From positions 96,001-160,000 of the IMG/VR virus record IMGVR_UViG_3300011989_000257: a stretch of 64,000 bases of DNA; one strand, written 5' to 3'. Source of the stretch: a virus (taxonomy: Duplodnaviria > Caudoviricetes). Positions within the stretch are counted from its first letter, which is position 1; each line of letters starts with the position of its first letter. Below the pieces are notes generated by a model. It was not told the DNA's origin and searched no databases. It worked only from the letters and a program-made list of their open reading frames with translations. This document shows, in pieces, positions 9,472 through 20,372 of the stretch. The position numbers and the translations under genes were made by a program.

Positions 9472-9903
9472 GTGATGAGAATAATTAAACAAACCATTTT
9501 AGTGTGCGCTATGCTGATGGCATCATTAGCAGTTAATGCGCAAAAGAAAAGTGAATCATACGATTGGAATAAAGTAATTAATGCAATCGCTATGGTGGAA
9601 AGTAAGGGAAATGCTAGTGCAAAAAGTAAGGATTGTGTTGGTTTATTACAAATCAGACCAGTGTTAGTAAATGATTGTAATGAATATCTTAAATTGAAGA
9701 AAGGTAATAAACGTTATACTTTAAAGGATAGACTTAATCCAAACAAATCAAAGGAAATGTTTATACTATATCAAAAACGTTATAACCCAACAAACAACAT
9801 TGAAAAAGCAATAAGACTTTGGAATGGTGGATGTGGGTATAGTAAGGCTAAAACGGAAGATTATTATCGTAAAGTTATGAAATATTATAATGGGGGTAGT
9901 TGA
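9472..9903 (+). CDS. secreted lysozyme-like/lytic transglycosylase (SLT fold)
   Basis: Signal peptide (..LAVNA-QK), AIAMVESKGN catalytic Glu, GLLQI, WNGG. Confidence 0.8.
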   Translation: MMRIIKQTILVCAMLMASLAVNAQKKSESYDWNKVINAIAMVESKGNASAKSKDCVGLLQIRPVLVNDCNEYLKLKKGNKRYTLKDRLNPNKSKEMFILYQKRYNPTNNIEKAIRLWNGGCGYSKAKTEDYYRKVMKYYNGGS

Positions 9904-9974
9904 GCCTCCATTTTTTTGTTTTTTTTTAACTTAAAATATTTTGAAAATAAAAATATGTTACATATCTTTGCTTC

Positions 9975-10301
9975 ATGGAAACAAAACAATTGGAATTATT
10001 CACTGAAAGTGATTTTGAGCAACAAAAGACTTATTTTAGAAAAGTGAACGACGAGTGGATTATCGTGGATAACATCAATAAATTTGGTCGTGGTAGGGAG
10101 ACTCATTATAAATTGGTAGTTCAAATGAGGAGTGGAGATATATGTGATGAAAATTCAACCCAAACAACTCCATTAAGTTGCGATGAAAAAGGTGAAAAAA
10201 TATCTGTTTCAGATTATTTTGCCTTGACCAACACTATTAAAAAACATGGAAAATATGTTTTTAACAAGAAATTAGGGAAACTCATATCGAAAAAAGGATA
10301 A
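9975..10301 (+). CDS. hypothetical protein
   Basis: 108-aa ORF starting 4 nt after a -7 element. Confidence 0.7.
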   Translation: METKQLELFTESDFEQQKTYFRKVNDEWIIVDNINKFGRGRETHYKLVVQMRSGDICDENSTQTTPLSCDEKGEKISVSDYFALTNTIKKHGKYVFNKKLGKLISKKG

Positions 10302-10403
10302 TTCCTATTTCTCTTTGGGAAATCCCTAAATCTGCTCCATATAGTTGCAATTCCAAAAATTTATATATATCTTTGCAATAGTTATTAAAAAAAAAAATTA
10401 ATT

Positions 10404-10850
10404 ATGAAAAAGATTATCGTATTTTTAACAACATTGATAATGTGTGTTACATTATCTTCTTGTGTAACAACAGTACATACACAAGACGATGCATACTTTG
10501 ATGGCGAAGTTGATGCAACAATAGTCATGTCATATGGCAAGCCGTATGTAGTAAATAACATGATTGAATACTATTTCTATAGAGGATGGTATTATTATCC
10601 ACGTTGGACTGATAATTCTTATTACTTCCATAGATATAGGAGACCTCTACCAAGTGGTGTGTTCTATGATTGGTACAGACCAATACCAACACAAAGACTA
10701 AAATACCATCGTCCAGGACACGGATACTATCACAAGTATGTGCCAAGGCATAATAATATAGGTACGCACGTAAGAAGACCACACGGACATGCTAACATAA
10801 GTCCTAGAGTTAGCAGTCATAGCAAACCAAGATTAGGCGGTATACGTTAA
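10404..10850 (+). CDS. lipoprotein with Tyr/Arg/His-rich tail
   Basis: MKK-hydrophobic stretch-LSSC lipobox. Confidence 0.7.
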   Translation: MKKIIVFLTTLIMCVTLSSCVTTVHTQDDAYFDGEVDATIVMSYGKPYVVNNMIEYYFYRGWYYYPRWTDNSYYFHRYRRPLPSGVFYDWYRPIPTQRLKYHRPGHGYYHKYVPRHNNIGTHVRRPHGHANISPRVSSHSKPRLGGIR

Positions 10851-10964
10851 TTTTTAAAAAAAATCTCTAAAAATTTGGAATTCTCAAAAATTGTCTATAT
10901 CTTTGCAATGTCAAACACTTAGTTGACACATGTGATATAATATAAAGTAATTTTAATTAAGATT

Positions 10965-11483
10965 ATGGAAAAGAAAATTAATGTTTTTGTAGTCGCATTC
11001 CCAAGCATGGAAGATGTTGTGAACAAGATTAAAGATGCTATTGAGGATGTATTCGAAAAGCCAAAGGCAAAATGTTGCGATTACGACGATGAGGAAGATG
11101 ATGTACCAGAGGATTTGACACCTCCAAGATTCAGAAATCATTCGTTTATGCCACCAGCACCTATTCCACAATGGGGAATTGGAGGAAAACCAGCAGATGA
11201 GAACCTAAGATTTGGTGCAGAATTTGCCATCGATGAGCCAAGAAGGTCAGATTATGACAATCGTGAAGATTTTGAGTATGACCATCAGTTGTATGACGAG
11301 TTCGTTAGTGCTGGCGAGGATTGTGTTGAACGTGGTCTTGCGAGACCAGAAGGTGTAACAGCTCACAGATGCAATGCTATCCGTAAGAAGCTGAATGAAG
11401 CACCCCCAATGAGAGACGAGATTCCAGGAGGAGAACTAATTGGAGAAACGGACTGGTGGAACGAAGACGATTGGGACTTCTAA
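10965..11483 (+). CDS. acidic, Pro-rich hypothetical protein
   Basis: 172-aa ORF with its own promoter and terminator (11494-11529). Confidence 0.7.
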   Translation: MEKKINVFVVAFPSMEDVVNKIKDAIEDVFEKPKAKCCDYDDEEDDVPEDLTPPRFRNHSFMPPAPIPQWGIGGKPADENLRFGAEFAIDEPRRSDYDNREDFEYDHQLYDEFVSAGEDCVERGLARPEGVTAHRCNAIRKKLNEAPPMRDEIPGGELIGETDWWNEDDWDF

Positions 11484-11644
11484 ACAAAAAAAAAATAAGA
11501 GATACATTAGCGTGTATCTCTTATTTTTTGTATCACACTGTCAGTAGATGTAAATAATACATTGTTGAGAAGAATATTAATATTTAATAACATTTTTTTT
11601 GGTTTTTACAAAATTTTTCTATATATTTGCAAAAAAATAATGCT

Positions 11645-11854
11645 ATGGAAGAATTAATATTTGACAAAATATTAGATGGAGAATCTTTAGTTAAAGAAAT
11701 ACTAAAATCTCATGGATATATCTCAGATGAAAATGGAAATGAATATTGGTGGAATACCATTGATAAGACAAAGAAGTACCAAGTGAGGAAATATGAGTAT
11801 GATAGAGCACTTCAAGATTATTCAGTTATTTCTTACAAGATAAAAGAGTTATAA
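11645..11854 (+). CDS. hypothetical protein (start moved to ATG 11645)
   Basis: ORF downstream of the -7 element at 11622. Confidence 0.65.
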   Translation: MEELIFDKILDGESLVKEILKSHGYISDENGNEYWWNTIDKTKKYQVRKYEYDRALQDYSVISYKIKEL

Positions 11855-11858
11855 TGTT

Positions 11859-12686
11859 ATGGCTAAGAAAGATAGTTTAGGAGATAGAATGAAAGAGTAT
11901 TACGAGAATAGGGCTAAGACTTATCTCGTAAGAAGGATGCCAGTTATTATCAGATTAGATGGATGTCATTTTCATACATTCACAAGAGGTTTTGTGAAAC
12001 CATTTGACAAACGACTATTAGAAACAATGCAAGAAACAACACTTGCATTATGTGAAAGTATCCAAGGTTGTGTTTTTGGGTATACACAATCTGATGAAAT
12101 AACACTTGTGCTAGTTGATTATAACACGATTATCACAAATGCTTGGTACGATTATCAAGTTGAAAAAATGTGCTCAGTATCTGCTGCAATGGCTACATTA
12201 TATTTTAACAAAATATTTCGTAGAAAAATTCATGAATTCACCAATAAGCATTATGGTGTATTAACTGATGTAAAAACATATGGTGAAGAATTAGTGAATT
12301 CTGTGGACAAATTATTAAAATCATATAATAGGGCTATTGAACAAGGTGCATTATTCGATTCAAGATGCTTCAATATTCCAATTTCAGAAGTTTGCAATTG
12401 TATCCTTTGGCGTGAAAAAGATGCTGAAAGAAATAGCATAAACGGTTTAGGCCAATCAATGTTTTCCCATAAAGAACTTCAAAATAAGAATACAAGACAA
12501 GTTCAAGATATGCTATTTGAAAAATATGGCATTAATTGGAATAATCTAACAACAGTTGAAAAACGTGGAACTGCGGTTGTTAAAGATGAAAATGGTAAAT
12601 GGACTATTGATGAGGAAATGCCAATACTAACTGGAGAAGGGCGTACATACGTTGAATCTAGAATTATTTTTGATGACAAAGAATGA
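11859..12686 (+). CDS. tRNA-His guanylyltransferase (Thg1-like 3'-5' polymerase)
   Basis: RMKEYYE, IIRLDGCHFHTFT, YTQSDEI, FDSR, WREKDAERNS motifs. Confidence 0.92.
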   Translation: MAKKDSLGDRMKEYYENRAKTYLVRRMPVIIRLDGCHFHTFTRGFVKPFDKRLLETMQETTLALCESIQGCVFGYTQSDEITLVLVDYNTIITNAWYDYQVEKMCSVSAAMATLYFNKIFRRKIHEFTNKHYGVLTDVKTYGEELVNSVDKLLKSYNRAIEQGALFDSRCFNIPISEVCNCILWREKDAERNSINGLGQSMFSHKELQNKNTRQVQDMLFEKYGINWNNLTTVEKRGTAVVKDENGKWTIDEEMPILTGEGRTYVESRIIFDDKE

Positions 12687-12889
12687 AGTATAAGGAAATA
12701 AATGGGGTTGTGCATGTAATGGACGGTGATACAGTACTTGCAAGATATGAGGTTGATTATCATTGGACTGAAAAGAATGTGTCAGTTAAAGATGGGCAAC
12801 TATGTATACGCTTGTACAATAGAATGAAAGGGTATCTTGACTGCAAGATACCTTTAACTAACGATACTATTCAAAAAATACCACAATGA
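12683..12889 (+). CDS. hypothetical protein
   Basis: ATGA overlap with upstream stop. Confidence 0.65.
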   Translation: MKYKEINGVVHVMDGDTVLARYEVDYHWTEKNVSVKDGQLCIRLYNRMKGYLDCKIPLTNDTIQKIPQ

Positions 12890-13044
12890 AAATGAAGTTG
12901 GTCAGTAAACCTAGTTGCTTTGGAGACATGCTGTCATTCTGCGAATGCACATGGACGCATTCATATTGTCCATTCATGGAAAAATGTGAGGAAAAAGCTG
13001 AAATAGCTGAAGAGGAATATAGGTATTGGCATCGTATTCCTTAA
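12886..13044 (+). CDS. small Cys-rich hypothetical protein (52 aa, not in ORF track)
   Basis: MKMKLVSKPSCFGDMLSFCECTWTHSYCPFMEKC...; ATGA-coupled and followed by a terminator. Confidence 0.55.
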   Translation: MKMKLVSKPSCFGDMLSFCECTWTHSYCPFMEKCEEKAEIAEEEYRYWHRIP

Positions 13045-13125
13045 ATAATGTTAAAAATTGGGTTAGTTTTTGGCTAATCCAATTTTTTTTCATATATTTG
13101 CATCATAATTTAATAACATTTTATT

Positions 13126-13395
13126 ATGAATATTGAACAATTAGACAGAGGTAACAAAATTCTTAGACAAATTAAAGAATTAAAAGAAAGTAAAGAAGAT
13201 TTGTTAAATAACTATTGTACATATGTTAAGAATGATTGTGATAACGGTATTTCAATTTCATTTAGACGAAATGAAAGTTATCGTGTTGTCACATTTAGAC
13301 TTAGTAATGAAGAAATAAAAGAGGTATATGACCTTTTAAATGGTCTTTTTGATAAAAAGATAAGGGCTGCACAAAAAGAATTTGATGAAATATGA
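13126..13395 (+). CDS. hypothetical protein
   Basis: 89-aa ORF after the -7 element at 13093. Confidence 0.7.
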   Translation: MNIEQLDRGNKILRQIKELKESKEDLLNNYCTYVKNDCDNGISISFRRNESYRVVTFRLSNEEIKEVYDLLNGLFDKKIRAAQKEFDEI

Positions 13396-13898
13396 TGGAA
13401 AAAATTGACAATTCATTAATGGTTGAATGTCCCAAATGTGGCCATTTTTTCAACGAAAAAGAAGCAAAGCCTCTGAAAGGAAAAGATAGATTTAAGGGAA
13501 AATATAAAGAAGCAAATGAATATTGGGGGTATTGCCCACATTGTGGCGGTACATTATCACTTGCACAATTAACATCAGTTAAGGATTATTTCAAAGGGTT
13601 TGAGGAAGATAACCCAAATTGGAAGGAACATTTAACTGATTCAACATATCATGAAATAGCTGATTGGTTTGCAAGGGATGAGGGATATGAGTTTGATGAT
13701 GAAAAGGGGTATCCAGAACAAGTGGAAGAATTTGTAACTTGCGTATGGAAAGAAATATGTCCGCAAGCATATGATACCACCGAATATGTTAAAATTCCAA
13801 AGAATTTCGTTGAGGAATTGATATCATTTGTAAAAGATACCGCATTTGAAGGAAATTCGTTTGCAGAACAGTTGATTAAAAAATACGATTTAAAGTGA
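13392..13898 (+). CDS. zinc-ribbon protein
   Basis: CPKCG and CPHCG pairs. Confidence 0.7.
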   Translation: MMEKIDNSLMVECPKCGHFFNEKEAKPLKGKDRFKGKYKEANEYWGYCPHCGGTLSLAQLTSVKDYFKGFEEDNPNWKEHLTDSTYHEIADWFARDEGYEFDDEKGYPEQVEEFVTCVWKEICPQAYDTTEYVKIPKNFVEELISFVKDTAFEGNSFAEQLIKKYDLK

Positions 13899-13999
13899 AA
13901 GATACATTTCAAACAATTACAGATGACAAGAATAGAGGTAAATAAATATATGGTTATATTTTTACTAATATAGTTATATTTATATTAAAATAGTATATT

Positions 14000-14956
14000 A
14001 TGGTAAAAAGAAAACCTATTAAATGGAATAGAAAAAATTGTGAAGAAGTAGCAAAGACATGCAAAAGTAAATCTGAATTTAATAAAAAATATCCAGGTGC
14101 ATATAAAGAATCCAAATTATGTGGATGGTTTGATGAAATAACAAAACATCTCACACCAATTGGAAATAGATATAAAAGATGTATATATGCATATGAATTC
14201 TCAGACAAATGTGTATATGTTGGCTTAACGTGTAATTTAAAAAAAAGAAATGTACAGCATAAAACAAAAACAGATAGCGCAGTATACCAACATATAAAAG
14301 AAACAAATGAACACCCAAATCCAAAACAGCTAACCGATTATATTGATTATTTGGAAGCATCTAAAAAAGAGGGAGAAATATTAAATGAATACATTAATAA
14401 TGGGTGGAAAAGTCTAAATAGAAGAGATACTGGAGGACTTGGTTCTTCATTTGAAAGAAAAGAAAAAATAAGGAAAAAACGTATCAATGGCTATTGGACA
14501 TTAGATAAATGTAAAGAAGAAGCATTAAAATATGATTTTAGGATTGACTTTATCAATAACTCCCCAACAGCATATAGCATAGCCCATAAAAATGGGTGGT
14601 TAGATGAAGTAACAAAACATATGAACTATAAATCTAGACAGATTTGGACAAAAGAAGAGGCGTTTAGAGAAGCATTAAAGTATAATACCAAAACAGATTT
14701 TATAAATAGTTCAAATGGATGCTATCAAGTTTGTCTTAAAAATGGGTGGCTAGATGAAGTTTCTTCTCATATGATTTCTTTGGTAGAAAAAAGAAAAATA
14801 TACAATGAAGATATTGTAAAAAAAGAGGTTTCTAAACATAGAATAATGGAAGAACTAAAAAAATCTAATGACAAATTTACTAGAGGATGTTATTGGTGGT
14901 TAAAGAAAAATAAATTATTAGCGGAATACAAGAAATATTTAAATGGAAACATTTGA
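14000..14956 (+). mobile_element. free-standing GIY-YIG homing endonuclease with repeated DNA-binding modules
   Basis: CIYAYEF..VYVGLT..R..QH, catalytic E, LN; repeats of W....C..EA.KY....F......AY......GWLDEV..HM. Confidence 0.8.
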
Positions 14957-16229
14957 TAAAATCATAAAAGAAAAAAGATTGCTTTATGAGTACATCAGGG
15001 GTAGCCATCTGTACAATTTACAAATGGAAGATGGGTCTTCAGATGTTGATACTAGTGCAGTATTTATTGCACCAAAAGAAACAATTATGGGTCTTGGATT
15101 GGATTACTCAGACCAAGTATCAGATGAAAAAAATGATAACACTTGGTATGAGATTGGCAAATTCTGCAATATGCTGTTAAAATCAAACCCAACAGTATTA
15201 GAGGCTTTGTTTGTTCCAGAGGATAAAATCGTTACGCCCCCTTCAGACATTATTATGCCTTTGATTGAGAATAGAGACCAATTCATAACAAAGGAATGCT
15301 TCAAACCTTTTGTGTCATATGCAATCGAACAAATTCATAAAGCAAGAGGGTTGAATAAGAAGATTGTTAATCCAGTCACAGAAAGACTCACACCATTTGA
15401 CTTTGCTTATACATTCTATAAACAAGGTAGCACTAAGATTGCTAATTGGCTAAATAATCGTGGTCTTGATAAGGATTTCTGTGGGTTAGTACATATCCCA
15501 AATATGCATGATACATATGGAGTATATTATGATTGGGGAGCACACTTTCAACATTATGGAATTGGGTATGATAAACTTGAACTTGCTACATTTGGCGCTA
15601 ATCCATTTGGTTTAATCCTTTTTGGATGGTTCGGTTATGGAAGAACTACTGAAATGGAACGAAACTGTGCATCTTTCATTAAAGAGTTTTATGGCATTAA
15701 GAATAAACAAGAACTAAGACAATGGTACGAAAAGCATAATGAAGTTATACATTATCGTGGAATGTGCCTTGAGAATTCTACTGATATGCGTGGTTCATCA
15801 GTTTCAAAAGGCGAAAAGCCGTTATGCCACATGGTATATAATGAAAGCGGATTTAAAGACCATTGTAAAAAATATAAAGAGTATAAGGATTGGGAGAAAA
15901 ATCGTAATCCAAAACGATATGAATCAAATCTCAACAAGAATTATGATAGCAAGAACATGTGCCACACTATGAGACTCATACACATGGGTTATGAGATTGC
16001 TAATGGGCAAGGTATTATTCTTGACAGAAATATTGCTGGTGACAAAGACTTGCTAATGAAAATTAGAAATCATAGTTTTGAATATGATGAACTAATTAAA
16101 ATGGTTGATGCTGATAAAGAAAAGCTTGATAAGGCTATTGCTGAGTCAACAATCAAGGAAAAGATTGATGTTAATTTCGTGAATGATTTATTAATCGATA
16201 TTAGGAAAAAAGCATATGGGTTGTTTTAA
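14943..16229 (+). CDS. pol-beta-superfamily nucleotidyltransferase (RNA-repair-associated family)
   Basis: GSHLYNL....SDVD, KSNPTVLE, YDSKNMCHTMRL motifs. Confidence 0.85.
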   Translation: METFDKIIKEKRLLYEYIRGSHLYNLQMEDGSSDVDTSAVFIAPKETIMGLGLDYSDQVSDEKNDNTWYEIGKFCNMLLKSNPTVLEALFVPEDKIVTPPSDIIMPLIENRDQFITKECFKPFVSYAIEQIHKARGLNKKIVNPVTERLTPFDFAYTFYKQGSTKIANWLNNRGLDKDFCGLVHIPNMHDTYGVYYDWGAHFQHYGIGYDKLELATFGANPFGLILFGWFGYGRTTEMERNCASFIKEFYGIKNKQELRQWYEKHNEVIHYRGMCLENSTDMRGSSVSKGEKPLCHMVYNESGFKDHCKKYKEYKDWEKNRNPKRYESNLNKNYDSKNMCHTMRLIHMGYEIANGQGIILDRNIAGDKDLLMKIRNHSFEYDELIKMVDADKEKLDKAIAESTIKEKIDVNFVNDLLIDIRKKAYGLF

Positions 16230-17259
16230 TAAAACGGGGTTTTTCAGCCACCTTCCAATCACTTGTGGTGATGAGATTGTATTGTTTGTGTGCGCTGACA
16301 CATATACTGGTAAATATAGAAAGGATGATACACCAATCGGTATAACATCTAGTGGTCTAGTACCAGTTGCTATGCCATTCTTTGGAAAATATAACGACTA
16401 TGGCGGTATTGAAAACGTTGTTGATGATGCCAACCATCAGTATTTTAGAGAGAAAGTCGGTATGGGAATTGATGAGTTCTGTGATATTATGGCAGACCAG
16501 AGTGGGCTTTCGATTGAATCTATGACAAAAGCCATTTTTCAAATCTCATATGGTGATGATGACGAAAACAAGTATCACCACGAAACCGTAGAAGATTATG
16601 AGAAAGGAATCAATATGCTGAAAACGGTTTTTGGATTTGAGCCAAAGAAAATGACAATGCACAACAGTGAGAACAATAATGAAGTTCAAGTGTTTTTGGA
16701 GAGAATGTATCAAGATGATTTGTATAAATTCAACAACGCATCACTTGTTTGCATTATGGAGCACAAATCCATATATGATAAAATGGTAGAGGTAGGCAAA
16801 AAAACATATTCAGAGGATTGGGTTTGGTATAGACCAGTTAAGCCAGAGGAAGCATTCGATTTCACTGTGAACTTCATAAAAGGAAATAATGAAGAACTTG
16901 CTGATGTGAATCCGTTACAGTTTGGTGTTGGGGCTTTACATAAGGTTGACCTTCCTGATAACGGAGAGAATGCTAGGAAGAATATGTACTTGATATTTGG
17001 TAACCATTGTATCTTATATGACACAGTATATGTAGATGACTTTGACCATTGTTTATATAATGGTATAGGTGCTAATATAGAGCCTATGAAAGAACTCGCT
17101 TGCAACTACGTGTATTTCCTAAGTGCATTTAAAAGTACGTGTACCACATTTAATTTGTCTCCTTATCACCATCAGTCAGTTGCATATGATATGCTTATCC
17201 CAATCTTTGAGGAGATTCTTGACACATTAAAGAAGCAAGCACACAAATATGATGAATAA
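16216..17259 (+). CDS. hypothetical phage protein
   Basis: 347-aa ORF; MGCFN..S.LPI..GD and GKYNDYG motifs. Confidence 0.75.
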   Translation: MGCFNKTGFFSHLPITCGDEIVLFVCADTYTGKYRKDDTPIGITSSGLVPVAMPFFGKYNDYGGIENVVDDANHQYFREKVGMGIDEFCDIMADQSGLSIESMTKAIFQISYGDDDENKYHHETVEDYEKGINMLKTVFGFEPKKMTMHNSENNNEVQVFLERMYQDDLYKFNNASLVCIMEHKSIYDKMVEVGKKTYSEDWVWYRPVKPEEAFDFTVNFIKGNNEELADVNPLQFGVGALHKVDLPDNGENARKNMYLIFGNHCILYDTVYVDDFDHCLYNGIGANIEPMKELACNYVYFLSAFKSTCTTFNLSPYHHQSVAYDMLIPIFEEILDTLKKQAHKYDE

Positions 17260-17344
17260 TAGTGAAAAAAAATGCTAAAAAATTTGGTTATTCCAATTTT
17301 TTTTCATATCTTTGCATTGAAATATAATTTTAAACAGATAAATA

Positions 17345-18181
17345 ATGGATAAAGAATTTGAATTTGCAGCCAAGAATTGGATTAACCAATATAGTGCTGA
17401 CATTAACAGTAAGGTAGAGAACCTTTTAAACGAGAACGATGCAACGCCAGAAGAGCTTGCTGAAGAGATTAATGTCGATGTTGAGGAAATCTACGACATT
17501 CTTGACGGTAATGCTGAAGATATTAGTGTTTATACATTAATTAAAATCTTCATGGTATTGGGTTTTGCAATTGAGATTAAGCCAATTGAAGACACACCAC
17601 TTGAGGCATACGATAATGTGAACCCTCATGTGTTGCGTGAGCCTCAGCCAAGTCCATTCACTAAGCCAATGGGCTGTTGCGGAAGACATGAGCATTGCGG
17701 TATGCCAATGCCTCCTCATGGCTTTGACCCACAAAATATTCCACCTCATATTCGTGAGAAGATTGAGCGTGAGTTGGGCATTAATCATGAAGAGCCTCAT
17801 GCACGTCCTCAGCGTCCAATGCATTCTGAACGTCCAATGCCAAGACAAGAGGAGAGACCTTCTTCTCCGTTTGCAGTGATGGGACGTGATGAATTGACTA
17901 AAATCATCACTAAGCACTTGTGGGATAGTGAGATTGACATCGAGAATGCGCCAAAGACTGCGCTTGTACGTTTCCTCGAAGAAAAGGATAAGAGAATGCA
18001 AGCCATTAAACGTGAGGCAAACTCGCCACGTGTCGAGAGAAGTGACGAGAAAAGAATTGAAGAACTTGAGAATGACCCAAAGGTAATGGATTTCATTAAC
18101 AAGATGAAGGGTACTTATAAGAACAACCCTCAGTTCCGTTCTTATGTCAATAGTTTCTTGGGCAAACTTGCTGAAGAATAA
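17345..18181 (+). CDS. XRE-like HTH protein with Pro-rich linker
   Basis: TPEELAEEINV..EEIYDILDG....ISVYTLIKIF..LG; own promoter and terminator. Confidence 0.6.
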   Translation: MDKEFEFAAKNWINQYSADINSKVENLLNENDATPEELAEEINVDVEEIYDILDGNAEDISVYTLIKIFMVLGFAIEIKPIEDTPLEAYDNVNPHVLREPQPSPFTKPMGCCGRHEHCGMPMPPHGFDPQNIPPHIREKIERELGINHEEPHARPQRPMHSERPMPRQEERPSSPFAVMGRDELTKIITKHLWDSEIDIENAPKTALVRFLEEKDKRMQAIKREANSPRVERSDEKRIEELENDPKVMDFINKMKGTYKNNPQFRSYVNSFLGKLAEE

Positions 18182-18283
18182 TAAGAAAATAAGATGGAGT
18201 AGAAACGATTTCTACTCCATTTTTTTTGCGCTATAATTTGGAATTTTAACATTTTTTATATATCTTTGCAAAAAGAAATAAAA

Positions 18284-20071
18284 ATGTCAAGAAAAAAGAA
18301 AGAAACTGAAAAAATAGAATACAAATGGAGTAAATTTCAAGAAGATATCTTTTCATGGATTGAACATGACCAAGGGCATCTTGTAGTGGAAGCCGTAGCT
18401 GGAAGTGGAAAAACAACCACTCTTGTAAAATGCTTGGACTTTATTAGTGATAAATGTAAAGTATTAATGAGCGCTTTCAATACTGACATTGTGACTGAAC
18501 TTAAAAAAAGAACAAAGGATAAAGATAATGTCGAAGTAAGAACCCTTCATGGGCTTGGGCTTCTTTTCATAAAAAGAAACATACCACAAGTTAGTGCGAT
18601 TCCAGAACCATTTAAATATGATTCATATATCAAAAATAATATTAAAGAATTAACATCAATAAATACATATACTTTAAAGGGAAGAGAATATTTCAGATAC
18701 ATTGAGAATATTAAGAAATATGTTGATTTTGGCAGATTTTATCTCTGTCAAACAGTTAAGGATTTGGAATTTATTGAGAACAGATATGCAATCGAGACAA
18801 TTGCAGATGAGAAGGAAGTTGCGCTAAAGGTTATGGAATGGGGCAAAAATACCCTAGAAACGATTGATTATACTGATATGGTATGGTTGCCCAATGTGCT
18901 GTTTTTAAAGCCTCTAGGACTGTTATATGACTTCATATTTATTGATGAGTGCCAAGATATGAACAAAGCAGAAAGGGAGTTAGTACTTAAATGTTTTAAA
19001 ATGGGTACTAGGATGGTATCAACTGGAGACAGGAGTCAAATGCTATATGCATTTAGTGGGGGTGACCCAGAATCATTCAACGCTCTTAAATCCATACCAA
19101 ATACGAAGTGCCTCCCATTGAGCATATCATATAGATGCGGTAAAAATATCGTAGATTTTGCCAAAAAAATAGTACCTACAATTGAGTCTGCCGACAATGC
19201 AGTAGATGGACAAATTATAAGAAATGTGCCGTTGGATGCTGTTAAAGATGGTGACATGATTCTATGTAGAAATAATGCTCCATTGGTACAAATTTACAAT
19301 GAATTCCTAAAGTTGGGTAAGAAAGCATTTATAAGAGGAAAAGATATTGGTAATAACTTAAAGGCGATTGTCAAAAGTACGAAACAAGATAAACTCAATG
19401 TAGATTGTAGAGAAGATGGAGTATTTGTGAGGCTGTATGATGATTTATTTGTTTCTAGGAATAAGTTAATGGAAAAATTTGGAATAGATGCTGAAACTGC
19501 CATGAACTCACCCCAATTGCAGAATAAGATTGATATGATTAATGCCCTCGAAATACTTGCAGAAGGAATCAATACCTCTGAGGAGATTATTGATAAGATT
19601 GATGAAATTTTTCCAAAGAGGGATAAAAAAGACGGAATCTCTCTATCAACCATACATAAGGCAAAAGGCTTGGAAGCAAATAACGTATATATTGCTTGTG
19701 AATCATTAATGCCAAGCAAGTCTGCCAAAAAAGACTGGGAAATACGTCAAGAATACAATCTTATGTATGTGGCTTATACAAGGGCAAAGAATACATTAGG
19801 TTTCATTGATGAAAAAGATTTTGAAAAATTTGATACGTCAAATGTGAATAGCATTGCTACGTTAAGAAGGATTGAATATCAAGTAAATAAGGTACTTGGT
19901 AAAACAACAAAAGTTATAATCAATGAAGAAACTGCAAAGGCAATAGTAGCTAACGCAAAAGATATAGATAAAACAATATTTACAAGTTCAACAATTGACT
20001 TTAACACAAAGAAAAATAATAAGAGAAGGATTAATTCTTTCTCAAGTATATTAAAAAATAAGAGAAAATGA
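18284..20071 (+). CDS. SF1 (UvrD/Rep-like) helicase (start moved to ATG 18284)
   Basis: AVAGSGKTT, IDECQD, GDRSQMLYAF, SYRC, STIHKAKGLE, YVAYTRAK. Confidence 0.92.
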   Translation: MSRKKKETEKIEYKWSKFQEDIFSWIEHDQGHLVVEAVAGSGKTTTLVKCLDFISDKCKVLMSAFNTDIVTELKKRTKDKDNVEVRTLHGLGLLFIKRNIPQVSAIPEPFKYDSYIKNNIKELTSINTYTLKGREYFRYIENIKKYVDFGRFYLCQTVKDLEFIENRYAIETIADEKEVALKVMEWGKNTLETIDYTDMVWLPNVLFLKPLGLLYDFIFIDECQDMNKAERELVLKCFKMGTRMVSTGDRSQMLYAFSGGDPESFNALKSIPNTKCLPLSISYRCGKNIVDFAKKIVPTIESADNAVDGQIIRNVPLDAVKDGDMILCRNNAPLVQIYNEFLKLGKKAFIRGKDIGNNLKAIVKSTKQDKLNVDCREDGVFVRLYDDLFVSRNKLMEKFGIDAETAMNSPQLQNKIDMINALEILAEGINTSEEIIDKIDEIFPKRDKKDGISLSTIHKAKGLEANNVYIACESLMPSKSAKKDWEIRQEYNLMYVAYTRAKNTLGFIDEKDFEKFDTSNVNSIATLRRIEYQVNKVLGKTTKVIINEETAKAIVANAKDIDKTIFTSSTIDFNTKKNNKRRINSFSSILKNKRK

Positions 20072-20370
20072 ATAACAATAAAGTAGTAAAAATTATTGAC
20101 TTCAGTGCTAGTTGGTGTGGGCCTTGCCGTGCCTTCGCTAGCACATTCAAGAGAGTATCCGAAATGGATGAGTATAAAGGTATTGAATTTAAAAGCATAG
20201 ACATTGAAAATGATGAAGATGGAGAACTAATGGTTGAAAAATACCAGATTAGGTCAGTCCCTACAATTGTATTATTAGACGAAAACAATGATGTAATTTA
20301 TAAACTTATGGGGAATGTCTCGTTAAAAGATTTCATTGAAATCATAAATAAAGCATTAGAAGATAGGTAA
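20068..20370 (+). CDS. trxA: thioredoxin
   Basis: DFSASWCGPC active site, cis-Pro VPT. Confidence 0.92.
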   Translation: MNNNKVVKIIDFSASWCGPCRAFASTFKRVSEMDEYKGIEFKSIDIENDEDGELMVEKYQIRSVPTIVLLDENNDVIYKLMGNVSLKDFIEIINKALEDR

Positions 20371-20372
20371 AT

